A stretch of 64,000 nt of DNA from Mustelus asterias. Its lineage: Eukaryota. The stretch lies in assembly GCF_964213995.1 (NCBI RefSeq), contig NC_135806.1, positions 84,878,001-84,942,000 of the forward strand. The letters run 5' to 3'. Position 1 is the stretch's first letter; every line of letters starts with the position of its first letter. The translations under genes were made by a program, and so were the position numbers. A model generated the notes under the pieces. That model was given only the letters and a program-made list of their open reading frames with translations. It had not been told where the DNA came from and did not search any database. This document shows, piece by piece, positions 37,601 through 49,755 of this stretch.

Positions 37601-40600
37601 AAGTCAAGCGAACTCAGAGAATCATTCCGTGAAAAACAATATGGAGTTCCTTCAATTGGAGTATAATGATGTGGGGAGTCAAATACAAAACCTCCACGAA
37701 TGCGGTTATCATTACTTGGTGGTTTATCTTGAAAATCCCCAGCAGCATTTTTTGTGGTTTGCCTTTTGTGAGCCTTTTCCATGTCTTTTCTGTGTTCTGT
37801 GTAGTTGCCTTCAGCAGAAAAGCTACTTGGAGGGTCAGGTATGGATGATCGCTGTAATAATCGTGCTTTGAACTCAGTGTTCTGAGATAATGGTTTCACT
37901 GGAGATGTTGGTTTTCGTTTATCAGCTTCTTGCTGATTTGTATTGTTCACAGATGTTGATGTATGTTGCATCTGATTAATCTTTTTAATTCTGTAGGGTT
38001 TATGGCTCTTTCCTTTTGGCATAGCAGAGTTTATACATTCAGCTAGAATATCACCTTCCTCTGTTTTATCATCTTGCCCTGGCTGAGCAGGGATGAGACC
38101 TTTTGATGTCTCAGCATCATCCATACTTCTGCCCTCAGTTGGGATAGTATCTCTCTTCTCCATCACTGCAGATTCAGATGGAGGTCGAATGCCTTCTGAA
38201 TTTGACAATTCATTTGGAGGCGACTCAATGGTGAGGTCGCTTAGAGATGTAGCAGTTGAAAAGTTTATTGGAGTTCCTTCAACACAGTAGACACGTGGCA
38301 TATCTTCCCTAAATATGTCATGGTTAAAACTGACATGCTTTTGAGCATGGACTCTATTTTGATTAGAAAGCAATTTGTATACAGGCAACTGACTTGGTTT
38401 CCTTGCTACAGGAGGTGGTATCCGTGAAGTTGTACTAGCAGCAGTTTTCTTTGCTTTGCTGGAAGATTTAGTTGGCATGGCCGAATTTATGCATTCTTCC
38501 AAGATATCAATATCATCGTCATCATCATCTTCCAGTATATCTTTCTCAGGTTCTGCAGCTTTCTCTGCTTTATATTTATTTTTCACACTTGTATTTTCCT
38601 CCTTATCAAGTTCTTCACTCCTATGATCATCTTCATAAACAGGAGGCATTACTCTGAGCTCAAGATCTTTCTGAATAAATGGCTCATCAAGGCTAAGAGC
38701 GCTTAAACTTGATGCACAAGAAAATCCATCTGGAGTATTTTCTGTGGCAAAATGCATCAGGCTATCACTGTCCTGAGGAACTTGGACTCTTTGGACTGCT
38801 GCATTCACAGCCTCTTGCCTTTGGCCAGTATCTCTGCTTTTAACATTAGTTTGTTCCTTGATTTTGTGCGTCTCTCTCTTTAGTTGAGCTGGTTGAGGTG
38901 GTGGAGTTTTACTTCTACTAGGAGGCATTGTCTGTCCTGGACTGTCTGGAAGATCACTTGGGCTTATGACTCCACTAACCATTTCACTACAAGGTTCACT
39001 CTGAATGGAACTGGCAATTGACTGACTTTCAAAACTCCCCAGTGAACTGACTGAACTGCATCTGCTGAATACCAAAGGAGTTTCCTGCACATAGTGCTCT
39101 GGCGGGCTTTTGGGAGTCTGTGCTCCACTCTTGGATGGTGATTTGGCACCTGAAGAGAATTCAACAGCTTTCTGCCTAGAAATATCAGGTTGAGACACAT
39201 TGGTAGCCTGTAGCCGACTTTGCTTTATTTGTGTATGCTGAGAAGCAGAGGAACCCTCACCTATTGCTGCCTCAGCAGTTAACTGTCCATGGCTTTCCTT
39301 AAGGTCAATAATCTGCAAAGTGGTTCCATCATCTGATACATGCTTGACTTGACCGCGCCCTTCCATTTCATCCTCTGATGACAGAGATGATAGTGAACTA
39401 CATCTTGAAAAGCAAATAGGAGTGTCCTCTACACAATAAGTCTGCATAGTTTCTTGATTAATAGAAGGAGCTTTGCAAGTGGCTGATTTTTGTACCGCTG
39501 GAGTGGCAGTTGTTCTAGCTTGTGCAGAGCTAGGGTGCAGTCGTCTCTGTTGAGAAGATGTATGTTTGGAACTTGATGTGTTTCCACAACTTGATGCTGT
39601 ATGATCCTTTGTTGTTTCTTGAATCGAAGGAACCTTTGAATGCATGAAAGATTGCTTCTGTGAAGGTGGTGGGATTTCTGAGGAATACTTTAAACTATAA
39701 TCAATTGGCTGTTCGATGTGGTGCTCTTCCTCTGTAAACTTTATGCTATAATTTGTGGGCCTGTCCTCTTCCTCCTCATGCTGTTCTTCTTCAGAGTACC
39801 GTTCACTGTAGTTGGTTGGTTTGTCATCTTCATAATCATCTACCTGGCAAAGAGATGGATTAACTTTCTGGTTCATTCTGTGCTCAGAATCGACTCTAAT
39901 TTGCTCTGACTTGTTGTGTGCCCTGGCACCGTAAGAGCAATCTGACTGAACAAATCGAGGTTGGAATTTAATATGTGCTTCATCCCCACTGCAGGTATTT
40001 TCACAGTAGATAGAATATTCAGAGGGTTGAGTTCTGGACTGTTTATGTTCATTCCTTTTCATCTCTTCTTCCACAATATGTTTTTGCCGTGCCCACTGTT
40101 CATTTTGTGATGGACTCTGTCGGCCAGAGTTTAACTGTTCATCTGAATATTTAAGACTGTAATTAATTGGCGTGTCTAATTCTGCATCATTGTCATCTAA
40201 GTGATTAGCATTATGAATTTTGTTGGCAAGATCAGCTGGATACTTTTCATAATTGCAGAATTTGCTTTCATCATCCTCCGAGTAGGACTCTATTGATGGT
40301 TTCATCTGCCCTCTTTTCCCATAGCCATCACTGCTGCTAACGCTATTCAAGCTATCATTTGATGACCTCCTGTACTCCATTTTCCCATAAGGCATTGAAG
40401 GGGTTCTGCTGGAGTTTTCAGGTTTAGCATAGGTAAAAATGTTAGAATTGGGATGAGATGAAGATGCTCGTCTCATTCCACTCCTGTCCTCAGGCACACA
40501 CTGTAGGTCAGAAGCAGATGCTGAATTTCTGTCCTCTGAGGATAAATGCATACTTGATACCTCTTCCATCACCTTGGCTATTTGTGCTGCAGTGGTAGGA

Positions 40601-41296
40601 ATCTGTCTCCCTATTCTTTTTGAAGGATCTGGCACATTATCAGATGAAGTGGGAAAGGAAGCAGCATCTGTTCCTCTTCGATCTCTTTCTGCACTTCGAT
40701 CCTTTTCTGCTCTGGAACTGTCTGCACTCCCCCTGTCTCTTGATGAACCAGGTAACATTGAAGAAGTCATGTATGGTGACAACACAGTCAAATTGCCAGT
40801 GTTGAAACTCTCTGACCTGCATACCCCATCATCAGTATGCCTTCCAGAATCCAAGACATACTCACTGTATCTGCCTTGCTTGTGTCTTTGTCTGTTGCGA
40901 TGGGATGTTTTGGGACTCAAATTATCAATATTATCAAAAGTCTCTGATAATTGTTGAGCATCCAGCTCTGCTTCTAGAGCCTTTTGTTTTCGAACATGCA
41001 GAGATGGTAAACTTGATCCTGGGGACATAATGTTGGCATCTTTATATTTAGCAGGTCTGTTGGCCATTAGGTTCCTCAAAGCTGCAGCACTTCCCATTGC
41101 AATCATTTTGTGTTTAGAATGAATTAGATTTTTGAGCATGCTAACTGCTCCCATGTCCCACAAAGATTCCTGGTCCTTGGCATTTCGAGCAGAAAGATTC
41201 CAAAGGGTTCCACATGCGTTGCTAACTATTGTCAAGCTGTGTGATTTTAAGTGCTGTAGCAATGTCTGAAGGCAATTGTTTTCTCGCAGAATTTGT
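34654..41296 (-). CDS. APC: APC terminal giant exon (classic exon 15)
   Basis: ccag|A CAA ATT (RQILRENNCLQTLLQHLKSHSLTIVSNACGTLWNLSAR), 6643 nt open. Four 15-aa repeats (P.NYS/DYS), seven 20-aa repeats (TP..FS...SLS.L type), three SAMP, basic region, PSQIP, C-terminal YLVTSV*. Confidence 0.99.
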
Positions 41297-41300
41297 CTGG

Positions 41301-41334
41301 ATAGAAAACAGAATTATATAGAAAACAGAATTAT
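41301..41334. repeat. Perfect 17-bp tandem duplication in the APC acceptor pyrimidine tract
   Basis: atagaaaacagaattat twice in a row. Confidence 0.95.
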
Positions 41335-41557
41335 TTATAAAACCATTTATAAACCAAATATACACTAGACTATTAATTTCAATCAAGCTGAAAAAAAGCC
41401 CCCAAAAAATAAGTGTGTTAAATAGTCACGGATTATTTATACGGACCATCCTTTTAAATTCACTTGAACACAATCTTGAAGTGTTTTATGAGGTGGGGGA
41501 GGGTAGAAAAGCTGAAGTGGAGGGAGAAGGGTGGATAGGGTAGGAGAGTTAAAGAAA

Positions 41558-44188
41558 ACTTTATTGGGATCAGGCAGAAATTGGCAGCTCTTGATTGGGA
41601 GAGGCTGTTTGAGGGTAAATCCACATCTGGTATGTGGTAGTCTTTTAAGGAACGGTTGTTAGGGCTACAGGACAAGCATGTGCCTGTAAAAAAGAAGGAT
41701 AGGAAGGGTAGGATTAGAGAACTGTGGATAACCAGGGAAATTGAGGGACTGGTCAAAAAGAAAAGAGAGGCGTATGTTAGGTCCAAGCAGCTAAAAACGG
41801 AGGGAGCTCTGGAGGAGTACAATGAAAGTAGGAAAGTACTCAAACGGGGAATTAGAAGAGCAAAAAGGGGTCACGAAATGTTCTTGGCAGACAGGATTAA
41901 GGAGAATCCCAAGGCATTTTATTCATACGTTAGGAACAAAAGGGTTGTTAGGGAAAAAATTGGACCTCTCAGGGACAAAAGTGGGGACTTATGCTTGGAG
42001 CCCAAAGAAGTAGGGGAGATCCTAAATGAATACTTTGCGTCGGTATTCACAAAGGAGAGGGATGTGTTGACTGGGAGTGTCTCTGAGGGGAGTGTTGAAC
42101 CGTTGGAGAAAATCTCCATTACAAAGGAGGAAGTGTTAGGTTTGTTAGAGAATATAAAGACTGACAAATCCCCAGGGCCTGATGGAATCTATCCAAGGCT
42201 GCTCAGGGAGACGAGAGGTGAAATCGTTGGGCCTCTGACGCAAATCTTTGTCTCGTCACTGGACACAGGTGAGGTCCCAGAGGATTGGAGGATAGCCAAT
42301 GTGGTCCCGTTATTTAAAAAGGGTAGGAAGGATAACCCGGGTAATTATAGGCCGGTGAGCTTGACGTCCGTGGTGGGGAAGTTGTTGGAGAAGATTCTTA
42401 GAGATAGGATGTACGCGCATTTAGAAAGGAATAAACTCATTAACGATAGTCAGCATGGTTTTGTGAGAGGGAGGTCATGCCTCACTAACCTGGTGGTGTT
42501 TTTTGAAGAAGTGACCAAAATGGTTGACGAAGGAAGGGCCGTGGATGTTGTCTATATGGACTTTAGTAAAGCGTTTGACAAAGTCCCTCATGGTAGGCTA
42601 GTGAAAAAGGTTGGATCCCATGGGATAAAGGGGGAGGAGGCTAGATGGGTGGAGAACTGGCTTGGTCATAGAAGACAGAGGGTGGTAGTGGAAGGGTCTT
42701 TTTCCGGCTGGAGGCCTGTGACTAGTGGTGTACCGCAGGGCTCTGTATTGGGACCTCTGCTGTTTGTGATTTATATAAATGATCTGGAAGAAGGAGTAAC
42801 TGGGGTGATCAGTAAGTTTGCGGACGACACAAAACTGGCAGGATTTGCAGATAGTGAGGAACATTGTCAGAGGCTACAGAAGGATATAGATAGGCTGGAA
42901 ATTTGGGCAAGGAAATGGCAGATGGAGTTCAATCCTGATAAATGCGAAGTGATGCATTTTGGTGGGAATAATGTAGGGAGGAGCTACACGATAAATGGAA
43001 GAACCATAAAGGGTGTAGAGATGCAGAGGGACCTGGGTGTGCAAGTCCACAGATCTTTGAAGGTGACGTCACAGGTGGAGAAGGTGGTGAAGAAGGCATA
43101 TGGCATGCTTGCCTTTATAGGACGGGGCATAGAGTATAAGAGTTGGGGTCTGATGTTGCAGATGTATAGAACGTTGGTTCGGCCGCATTTGGAATACTGC
43201 GTCCAGTTCTGGTCGCCACACTACCAGAAGGACGTGGAGGCTTTGGAGAGAGTACAGAGGAGGTTTACCAGGATGTTGCCTGGTATGGAGGGGCTTGGTT
43301 ATGAGGAGAGATTGGGGAAACTGGGGTTGTTCTCCTTGGAAAGACAGAGGATGAGGGGAGACTTAATAGAGGTGTATAAAATTATGAAAGGCATAGATAG
43401 GGTGAACGGTGGGAAGCTTTTCCCCGGGTCGGTGGTGACGTTCACGAGGGGTCATAGGTTCAAGGTGAAGGGGGGGAGGTTTAACACAGATATCAGAAGG
43501 ACATATTTTACACAGAGGGTCGTGGGGGCCTGGAATGTGTTGCCGGGCAAGGTGGTGGAGGCGGATACACTGGGAACGTTTAAGACTTATCTAGACAGCT
43601 ATATGAACGGAGTGGGAATGGAGGGATACAAAAGAGTGGTCTAGTTTGGACCAGGGAGCGGCGCGGGCTAATTGTTCCTTGTTTCTCGTTTCAAGGTTTC
43701 ATTCTATGATCATCTTGCTGGTGCCAGTACAGATTGGGTTGGCGGATAGTTGGGAACCTGTCTCGGGGGCAGGGAATTCATATGGTGTTCGTGGAAGTGG
43801 AAATGACTAGGGTTGGGAAGCATTTTCCGATCAGGGCCAGTGTGATCTCCTGGACTCGTTTCGATCGCCTCAGGGGGTCGGAGAGGAATTTCCCAGATTT
43901 TCTTTTCCCCATATTGGCCCTGGGGTTTTCACTCTGGGTTTTCGCCTCTCCCTGGAGATCACATGGTCTGGAATGGGGGGGTGGGGGTGAGTTAATAGGT
44001 TGTGATGAACAAAGCATCGTAGCTGTGAGGGACAGCTCGGTGGATAGGATATTAGGATGTAGATAGGCTGGAAAATTGGGCGGGGATCCTGGATTCAGGA
44101 TTCAGTCCTGGACCGGGGAACGGCGCGGGCTTGGAGGGCCGAAGGGCCTGTTCCTGTGCTGTATTGTTCTTTGTTTGTTCTTTGTTTG
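41558..44188 (+). mobile_element. Young 5'-truncated CR1 LINE with a 662-codon uninterrupted RT frame and extended 3' UTR
   Basis: ORF 41656-43644 (KSPGPDG, NYRPVSL, QHGF, DFSKAFD, PQGSVLGP, FADD), no endonuclease domain. Tail ttgttctttgtttgttcttt; possible AAAGAAA TSD. Confidence 0.95.
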
Positions 44189-45049
44189 AAAAAGAAAGAA
44201 TGCTGGGGTGGAATGGAGTGCATTTATACGCCAGAATTCTACCGTCCTGCCGCCACGGAATTGGAGCAGGTGAGGGATGGAAAATGGAAATGTCCGTCGA
44301 CCTCGGCCAGGAATTTCCGGTCTTGCTCTAGCAAGGCCTTAAAATCCTGCCTATAATGTTCTAGGTTTTGTCCTGGAAGAAAGAACCAAAGCCAATATTT
44401 ATGGTAGCTGCCTCACAAAGGGCATTCTGCAATAAGGCTGTTCCCAATTGTAGGGAATCTTTGTCCTGTAACGATGGTTAGGTATCTGGGAGGTAAATAT
44501 TTAAAAACCTATTTCCATTGACAGCTCTGTATGCAGGAACCTCCCAGAAAGAAGAAAAATACTAAGTCACTTTAAAAAAAAATCGTCAGGTAAAGCCACA
44601 TATCCAAACCACAGAATTCCATGGAAGCTGAAATAAAAACAGAAAATTCACAGTCGATCAAGCAGCATCTGAAGCAAGAGAAACAGTTGTCTCTGGGCGA
44701 TGACTTTTCACCCGACTTCATTTCACTCTCCACGGATGCTACCCAATTTCCTGAGTTTTTCCACTATTCTGCGTTTATTTTAGGTTTCCAACACCTGTTC
44801 TATACTGTGTTTATATTCATGGAAATCAAGTTGTCTTTTATGTTGCCATGAAAAGATAGCAAGATTTTCAAAATACTTTGTTTCTTTGACTGAAACGTTT
44901 CAAAATACTGTTGTGAATTAAGGGCTGTGTCATTTTATTGAATCATTTATTCTTGCTTCTGTAAAAAAAAAATACACCTTCCAATAATTTCAAATTAGTT
45001 TTATTCTGACTGACGTGGTTTGTCAGTCGGGTGTTTTTCCATCTTTTAC

Positions 45050-45344
45050 AGAAATCAGAAACTACGCTTACACTACATATTTTCAACATATCCCCAGCAA
45101 TTTAAGGCCACGTTCATAAAAAACTACTGCTTCTTTTACCTCAAGAGTGCCTCAAATAGCAATCAGATAAATGATCAGATGACGTGCTTTAGTTCTATTG
45201 GTTGAGGCATACAAGTCAGCAAAGACAAGGGAAAAAAAACTCTCCTGCCCTCTAATACATTGTGCCATGGAACCTTTATGCCAAACTGAGCAGAAAAGGC
45301 TTCAGGTTCACATCTCATCTAAAAAACAGCACCTGATTCAGATG
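45050..45344 (-). mobile_element. Degenerate DeuSINE-like element
   Basis: Minus strand ggtgctgttttttagatgag...aaaggttccatggcac...gcaggagag...cctcaaccaa resembles the Deu domain. Confidence 0.5.
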
Positions 45345-45527
45345 TAAGAATTGCAAAACTAAGCGAAGACCAAAAATCATATCGCACATATTGGCTAGGG
45401 TATGGCTTGGGTTTGTAGGAAGTGTGGGCTTGAATATGGAAGCTTACTTTAGCATCGAACCGGAGCTGGATTGTATTGTAGAAGACTGTTCCAAATTTTA
45501 AGATTCTGTGCTATCAAAAATTGTAAC

Positions 45528-45900
45528 CCAGGGACCTGGGTTCGATTCACGGCTTGGGTCACTGTCTGCGTGGAGGCTGCACGTTCTCCCCGTGTCTGCA
45601 TGGGTTTCCTCCGGGTGCTCTGGTTTCCTCCACAGTCCGAAAGACATGCTGGTTAGGGTGTATTGGCCATGTTAAAATTCTCCCTCAGTGTACCCAAACA
45701 GGCGCTAGAGTGTGCATCCAAGTCAGGGACTGTTTTTTAGATGTGATGTGAAACAAGCCTTTTCTGCTCAGGTTGGCATAAAGGTTCCATGGCACAATTT
45801 ATTAGAGAGTAGGAGAGTGTGGCGACTAGGGGATTTTCACAGTGGTTTCATTGCAGTGTTAATGTAAGCCTACTTGTGACACTAATAATTAAATTTAAAC
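45528..45900 (+). mobile_element. Second V-SINE family (HE1-like head, different tail), with a 103-bp insertion
   Basis: B box and V domain, then tail ggcgactaggggattttcacag...cttgtgacactaataa. Confidence 0.85.
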
Positions 45901-45987
45901 CCAAAACTCCAGAAACTGTACGCTCACCCGATACCCCCAAGTTAACTTAAATCTATTTGTACTTAAAGCTACAGGCTCTTAATGTTA

Positions 45988-46140
45988 AAGTTTATTTATT
46001 AGAGTCACAAGTAGGTTTACATTAACACTGCAATGAAGTTACCGTGAAAATCCCCGAGTCGCCGCATTCTGGCGTCTGTTTGGGTACACTGGGACAGTAT
46101 TCAGCATGGCCAATGCACCTAACCAGCATGCCTTTCGGAT
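45988..46140 (-). mobile_element. 3' half of the second V-SINE family
   Basis: Reverse complement of 45640-45714 joined to 45818-45900. Confidence 0.85.
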
Positions 46141-47273
46141 TGCTCTTGCTTCCAGCAAAGAAATATTTTACACCAAGAGCTTTGTTAATCAATTTAAGTT
46201 TTTGAAAATGATTATGTATATTTCTAGATGCAAGCCTGTGATTATTTTGTAGAATTAGTTTCATTCTTCCATGAAAGTATTTCCCATATCATTAGTATGT
46301 GGATGATACTAAACAGAATGGAGAATTTGCTTACAAGTTTGGACATGCGTGAGCAAACGAGAGATTAGGTTAGTCTGTGGTCTGAAATTCAAAAGTGCTA
46401 TAAATGGCCAGACAGTTGTGACTATCTTTGACCTGGAAGCAGGACAGTAAAATAAGTTATAATTTCTTTAAAATGTCTATGGACATTTTGAAAGGGACTT
46501 AAGAGTTTGCATCAATTGCAAAGGGATCAATTGTAATTTACTTGGATGATAAGAAGTAACAGTCCAAGGGACCATGTGACTCTTGGCCTGTAACAGGAAG
46601 AAAGATACGGATGTTGTGATCAGAAACAAATTAGGTGCAATAGGAGAAGAACAGACGAGGCACATTTACAAGGAACTGTGTGTGTAACACATTAGGAAAC
46701 AGGGTTAGAGCAAGGATTGTGAATTGGACAGTTCCACTGCTATGTGTTTTGCCAGAGCTGACCAGACCATTTAACAAGGTTTGTTGAACGATCAGCTAAA
46801 GGTGTCTCCAGGGAATCTGTACCATCAAGACTGTGGTGAACCTAGCGAAGGATGTTCTAAAGGAGAATGCCATTTGGCTGACAACTGTCTCCGGAGAACT
46901 TGAAACGAATAGGCCGGGGGTGGGGGGGAGGGGTGATGTAAATGCTTGTGATCTCGTGGGATAGCCTTTGTTATATTAGCTATTTGTGTAATTTATAGTT
47001 TGAACCAAACATAATATGTCTGTTAAAATCATTTTTGATTTGTGTCAAGTAAAAGTTACAAAAAGTGAAATCTTATTGGTAATCTCTTCATTTGCTTCTT
47101 TTGTTCCTCACGGGAATTCTAACACTGTAGATGACTGACCCATGGGTATAATTCACTGCAACACTCAGAAGTTAAGGTATTGTTTAGATCACTATAATTA
47201 CTGATATCTAAGTGATTGATTTTATTAAAGTAATGCTAAATTACTTCTACAGAGAAAGAAAGACTGCACAGAC

Positions 47274-47488
47274 CTGTGATCTTCATTTGTAGCAATCAGA
47301 CTAGAAACATTCCTTAGGATGCCACCTCCACTTTCAATAATGGCGAGTGTATTAGTTTGGCTTCTGTAGGTTAAAGTGCCGACCAAAAATGCAAGGGCAC
47401 CACACACAGCACAGATGTCAGCTTTATTCTCAGTGCAGTGTGCAGATAAATTCCAAAGGGCACTAAGAACACTCTTTAGAGTTGATTC
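47274..47488 (-). CDS. APC: APC exon (classic exon 14, ARM repeats)
   Basis: aaag|GAA...CAC AG|gtctgt, 215 bp. Translates ESTLKSVLSALWNLSAHCTENKADICAV...IATNEDH. Confidence 0.97.
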
Positions 47489-47944
47489 CTTTAAAAAGGA
47501 GGGAACGATTAATATAAAAATTCAATTTTTTTGTTTTGCATGACTTGAGACATTTTTGAACATTTCTATGGTATGTAAAATAGATTTTATGTTGTATCTT
47601 TTGACATATGTTGCAACATTTTTAATTTCTAGCATAATTTTACTGGTTTCTCACAAAGCACTATTAGAAAGGTTATAAAAGCCTTGATAGATAGCACTTG
47701 CAGTATATTACAGTCGTATATACAATCTTTATTGTACAATTATATACAATCTTGACTGTCAAATTTAATGAGACATTTATATTGCACAATTCCCTTTTAC
47801 AACAATAGATACGGGTATTTATATGCTTGCTTGGGCATCCATCTTCTAACAATGACTGTCCTCAACATTAGAGATCCAAGTAAGTTAGAGTATTTAAGTC
47901 TTCACTTTGCTCGAGTTCAAACAAACCAAGGGTGGGAAGATCTA

Positions 47945-48380
47945 TGGACATACAAACTGGACGTAAGAGTAGGCCATTCAGTCCCTCAAGCCTACTCCTT
48001 CATTTAATAAGATTACATCCGATCTGATAGTAACTTCAAATCTGCCTCCTGACTATCCCGATAATGTATCATCCTCTTGCTTACCAAGAAGGTTACCAAG
48101 AACGCCTTAAAAAATATTCAAAGGCTCTGCTTTCACCTCCTTTTCAAGAATAGAATTCCAAAGACTCGTGACCCTCAGAAAAAGTTTTTGCCTCATCTCC
48201 ATTTTAAATGGACAACTCTTTATTTTTAAACAGTGACCCCTAGTTCTAGATTCTCCCACAAGAGGAAACATCCTCTCCACATCCACCCTGTCAAGACCTC
48301 TCAGGATCTTGTGTGTTTCAATCAAGTCGCCTCTTACTCTTCTGTACTCCAGTGGATACAGGCCTGCTCAACCTTACCTC
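47945..48380 (-). mobile_element. CR1 3' fragment
   Basis: IETHKILRGLDRVDVERMFPLVGESRTRGH. Confidence 0.85.
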
Positions 48381-49638
48381 ACAATACATTTTGTAACATT
48401 TAAAGTAAGAGTTTATTCCCTAACTTTTAAGTTTTTTTATGCCATGTAGTTAGTGTTGCTGAACAATTGGTAGGAGGATTGGCATTTGCACAAACTTTCA
48501 ATCTCCATGGGGAACGCCAAACATCACCTCTACTTTCCACATTCCACAAATAACGTGGATGAAATCAATGAACAATTTACCAATACGTGGCACAGCTCTT
48601 TTCCAAGTTATAAATATTATGTATTCTTTATGAATCACAAGTTTGCACTTTGGAAATATTTCTCTTGCGGTATTGATTTACAAGTTACAAGAGAAAGTTG
48701 ACATTTCACAGATTTTCAAGTGAACCGGAGTTATTTTATTCTTTTATCTCATCAAACAAAGCACAGACATGGGATCCTAGTAAACACTTACCTTATTTAT
48801 AGAAACTAACAATAAAGTGTGAAGGTTTGCAACTCAGGACGGTTGAGGATCTAAGATTTTGGAGTCTCTGCTTAACTAGAGTTCAGGCATCAAGATAATT
48901 ACACCTGATTTTCAGCGCTTAAAAGTTCTTAACCTCATCCTTCAACATGAACTCCCATTTTGAGACTGTCTTATGGAGTAAATACAAGTAATTGGAGTCA
49001 AAAATGATGCTGCAAACACCTTTGGCTGGAACTTGCAAGTAATCAAGTGTTCAAATATTTTCTCCATGCAAGTCACTGTTTTAGAATTCGTAGCAGAGGC
49101 ATCCAATTGAATCATCCTGTCTGTGCAGGCTCTCCAATGGGGCTCTCTCCTTTAGTCTCTTTGCCTGGTTATTTCCTGCACTGTTTTATATTCTTGTTTA
49201 AATACTTACTAATTTCTGTTTTAAATTATATTCAAACATCACCTGTGCTAACATTTATATAAGGCCCTAATAACGGTCATAAAAATTTCTTCAAGTAACA
49301 CATGCATTCTTTTAATGATCATCTTGCATCCATGTGATCTTGTTAATGATGCAAAAACAATGGAAAATAATATTTTGCTATCTACCCTTTCAAGACATTT
49401 TATAACTTTGTTAACCTTAAGTGATGCAACAAATGAATAATATACACATTCTTACAGGATCATCAGTCACAAAATGATTATTTTACATAAAAAGAGCAGT
49501 TTTATTGAAGTTCGTGCCAATAAATTCAATTTAGATTTTAAATAGGGAGAATGGCACAAGCGTTGAAGTTCAAAAGTCACGTGAATATTCTGAATGGATA
49601 TAGCTGTAATGTTGATTTTTGAGAAAGAATTCTGATAC

Positions 49639-49755
49639 CTTTTTCACATCCAGTGCACATTCCATTAATGCGCTCACACTTCCAACTTCACGCAAGATCT
49701 TTTTACTGTTTACATCTGCTCGCCATGACAAATTTCGCAATACACTTGCAATTAC
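49639..49755 (-). CDS. APC: APC exon (classic exon 13)
   Basis: atag|GTA ATT...AAG|gtatca, 117 bp. Translates VIASVLRNLSWRADVNSKKILREVGSVSALMECALDVKK. Confidence 0.97.

Noticed and set aside
34832-40957. Many short plus-strand and alternative-frame ORFs overlapping the APC giant exon
   Set aside because: Shadow ORFs of a long Ser/Pro-rich coding exon; no recognisable protein motifs.
46290-47124. Possible solo LTR ending ...ggaattctaaca
   Set aside because: LTR-like texture only; no clear 5' TG boundary or TSD.
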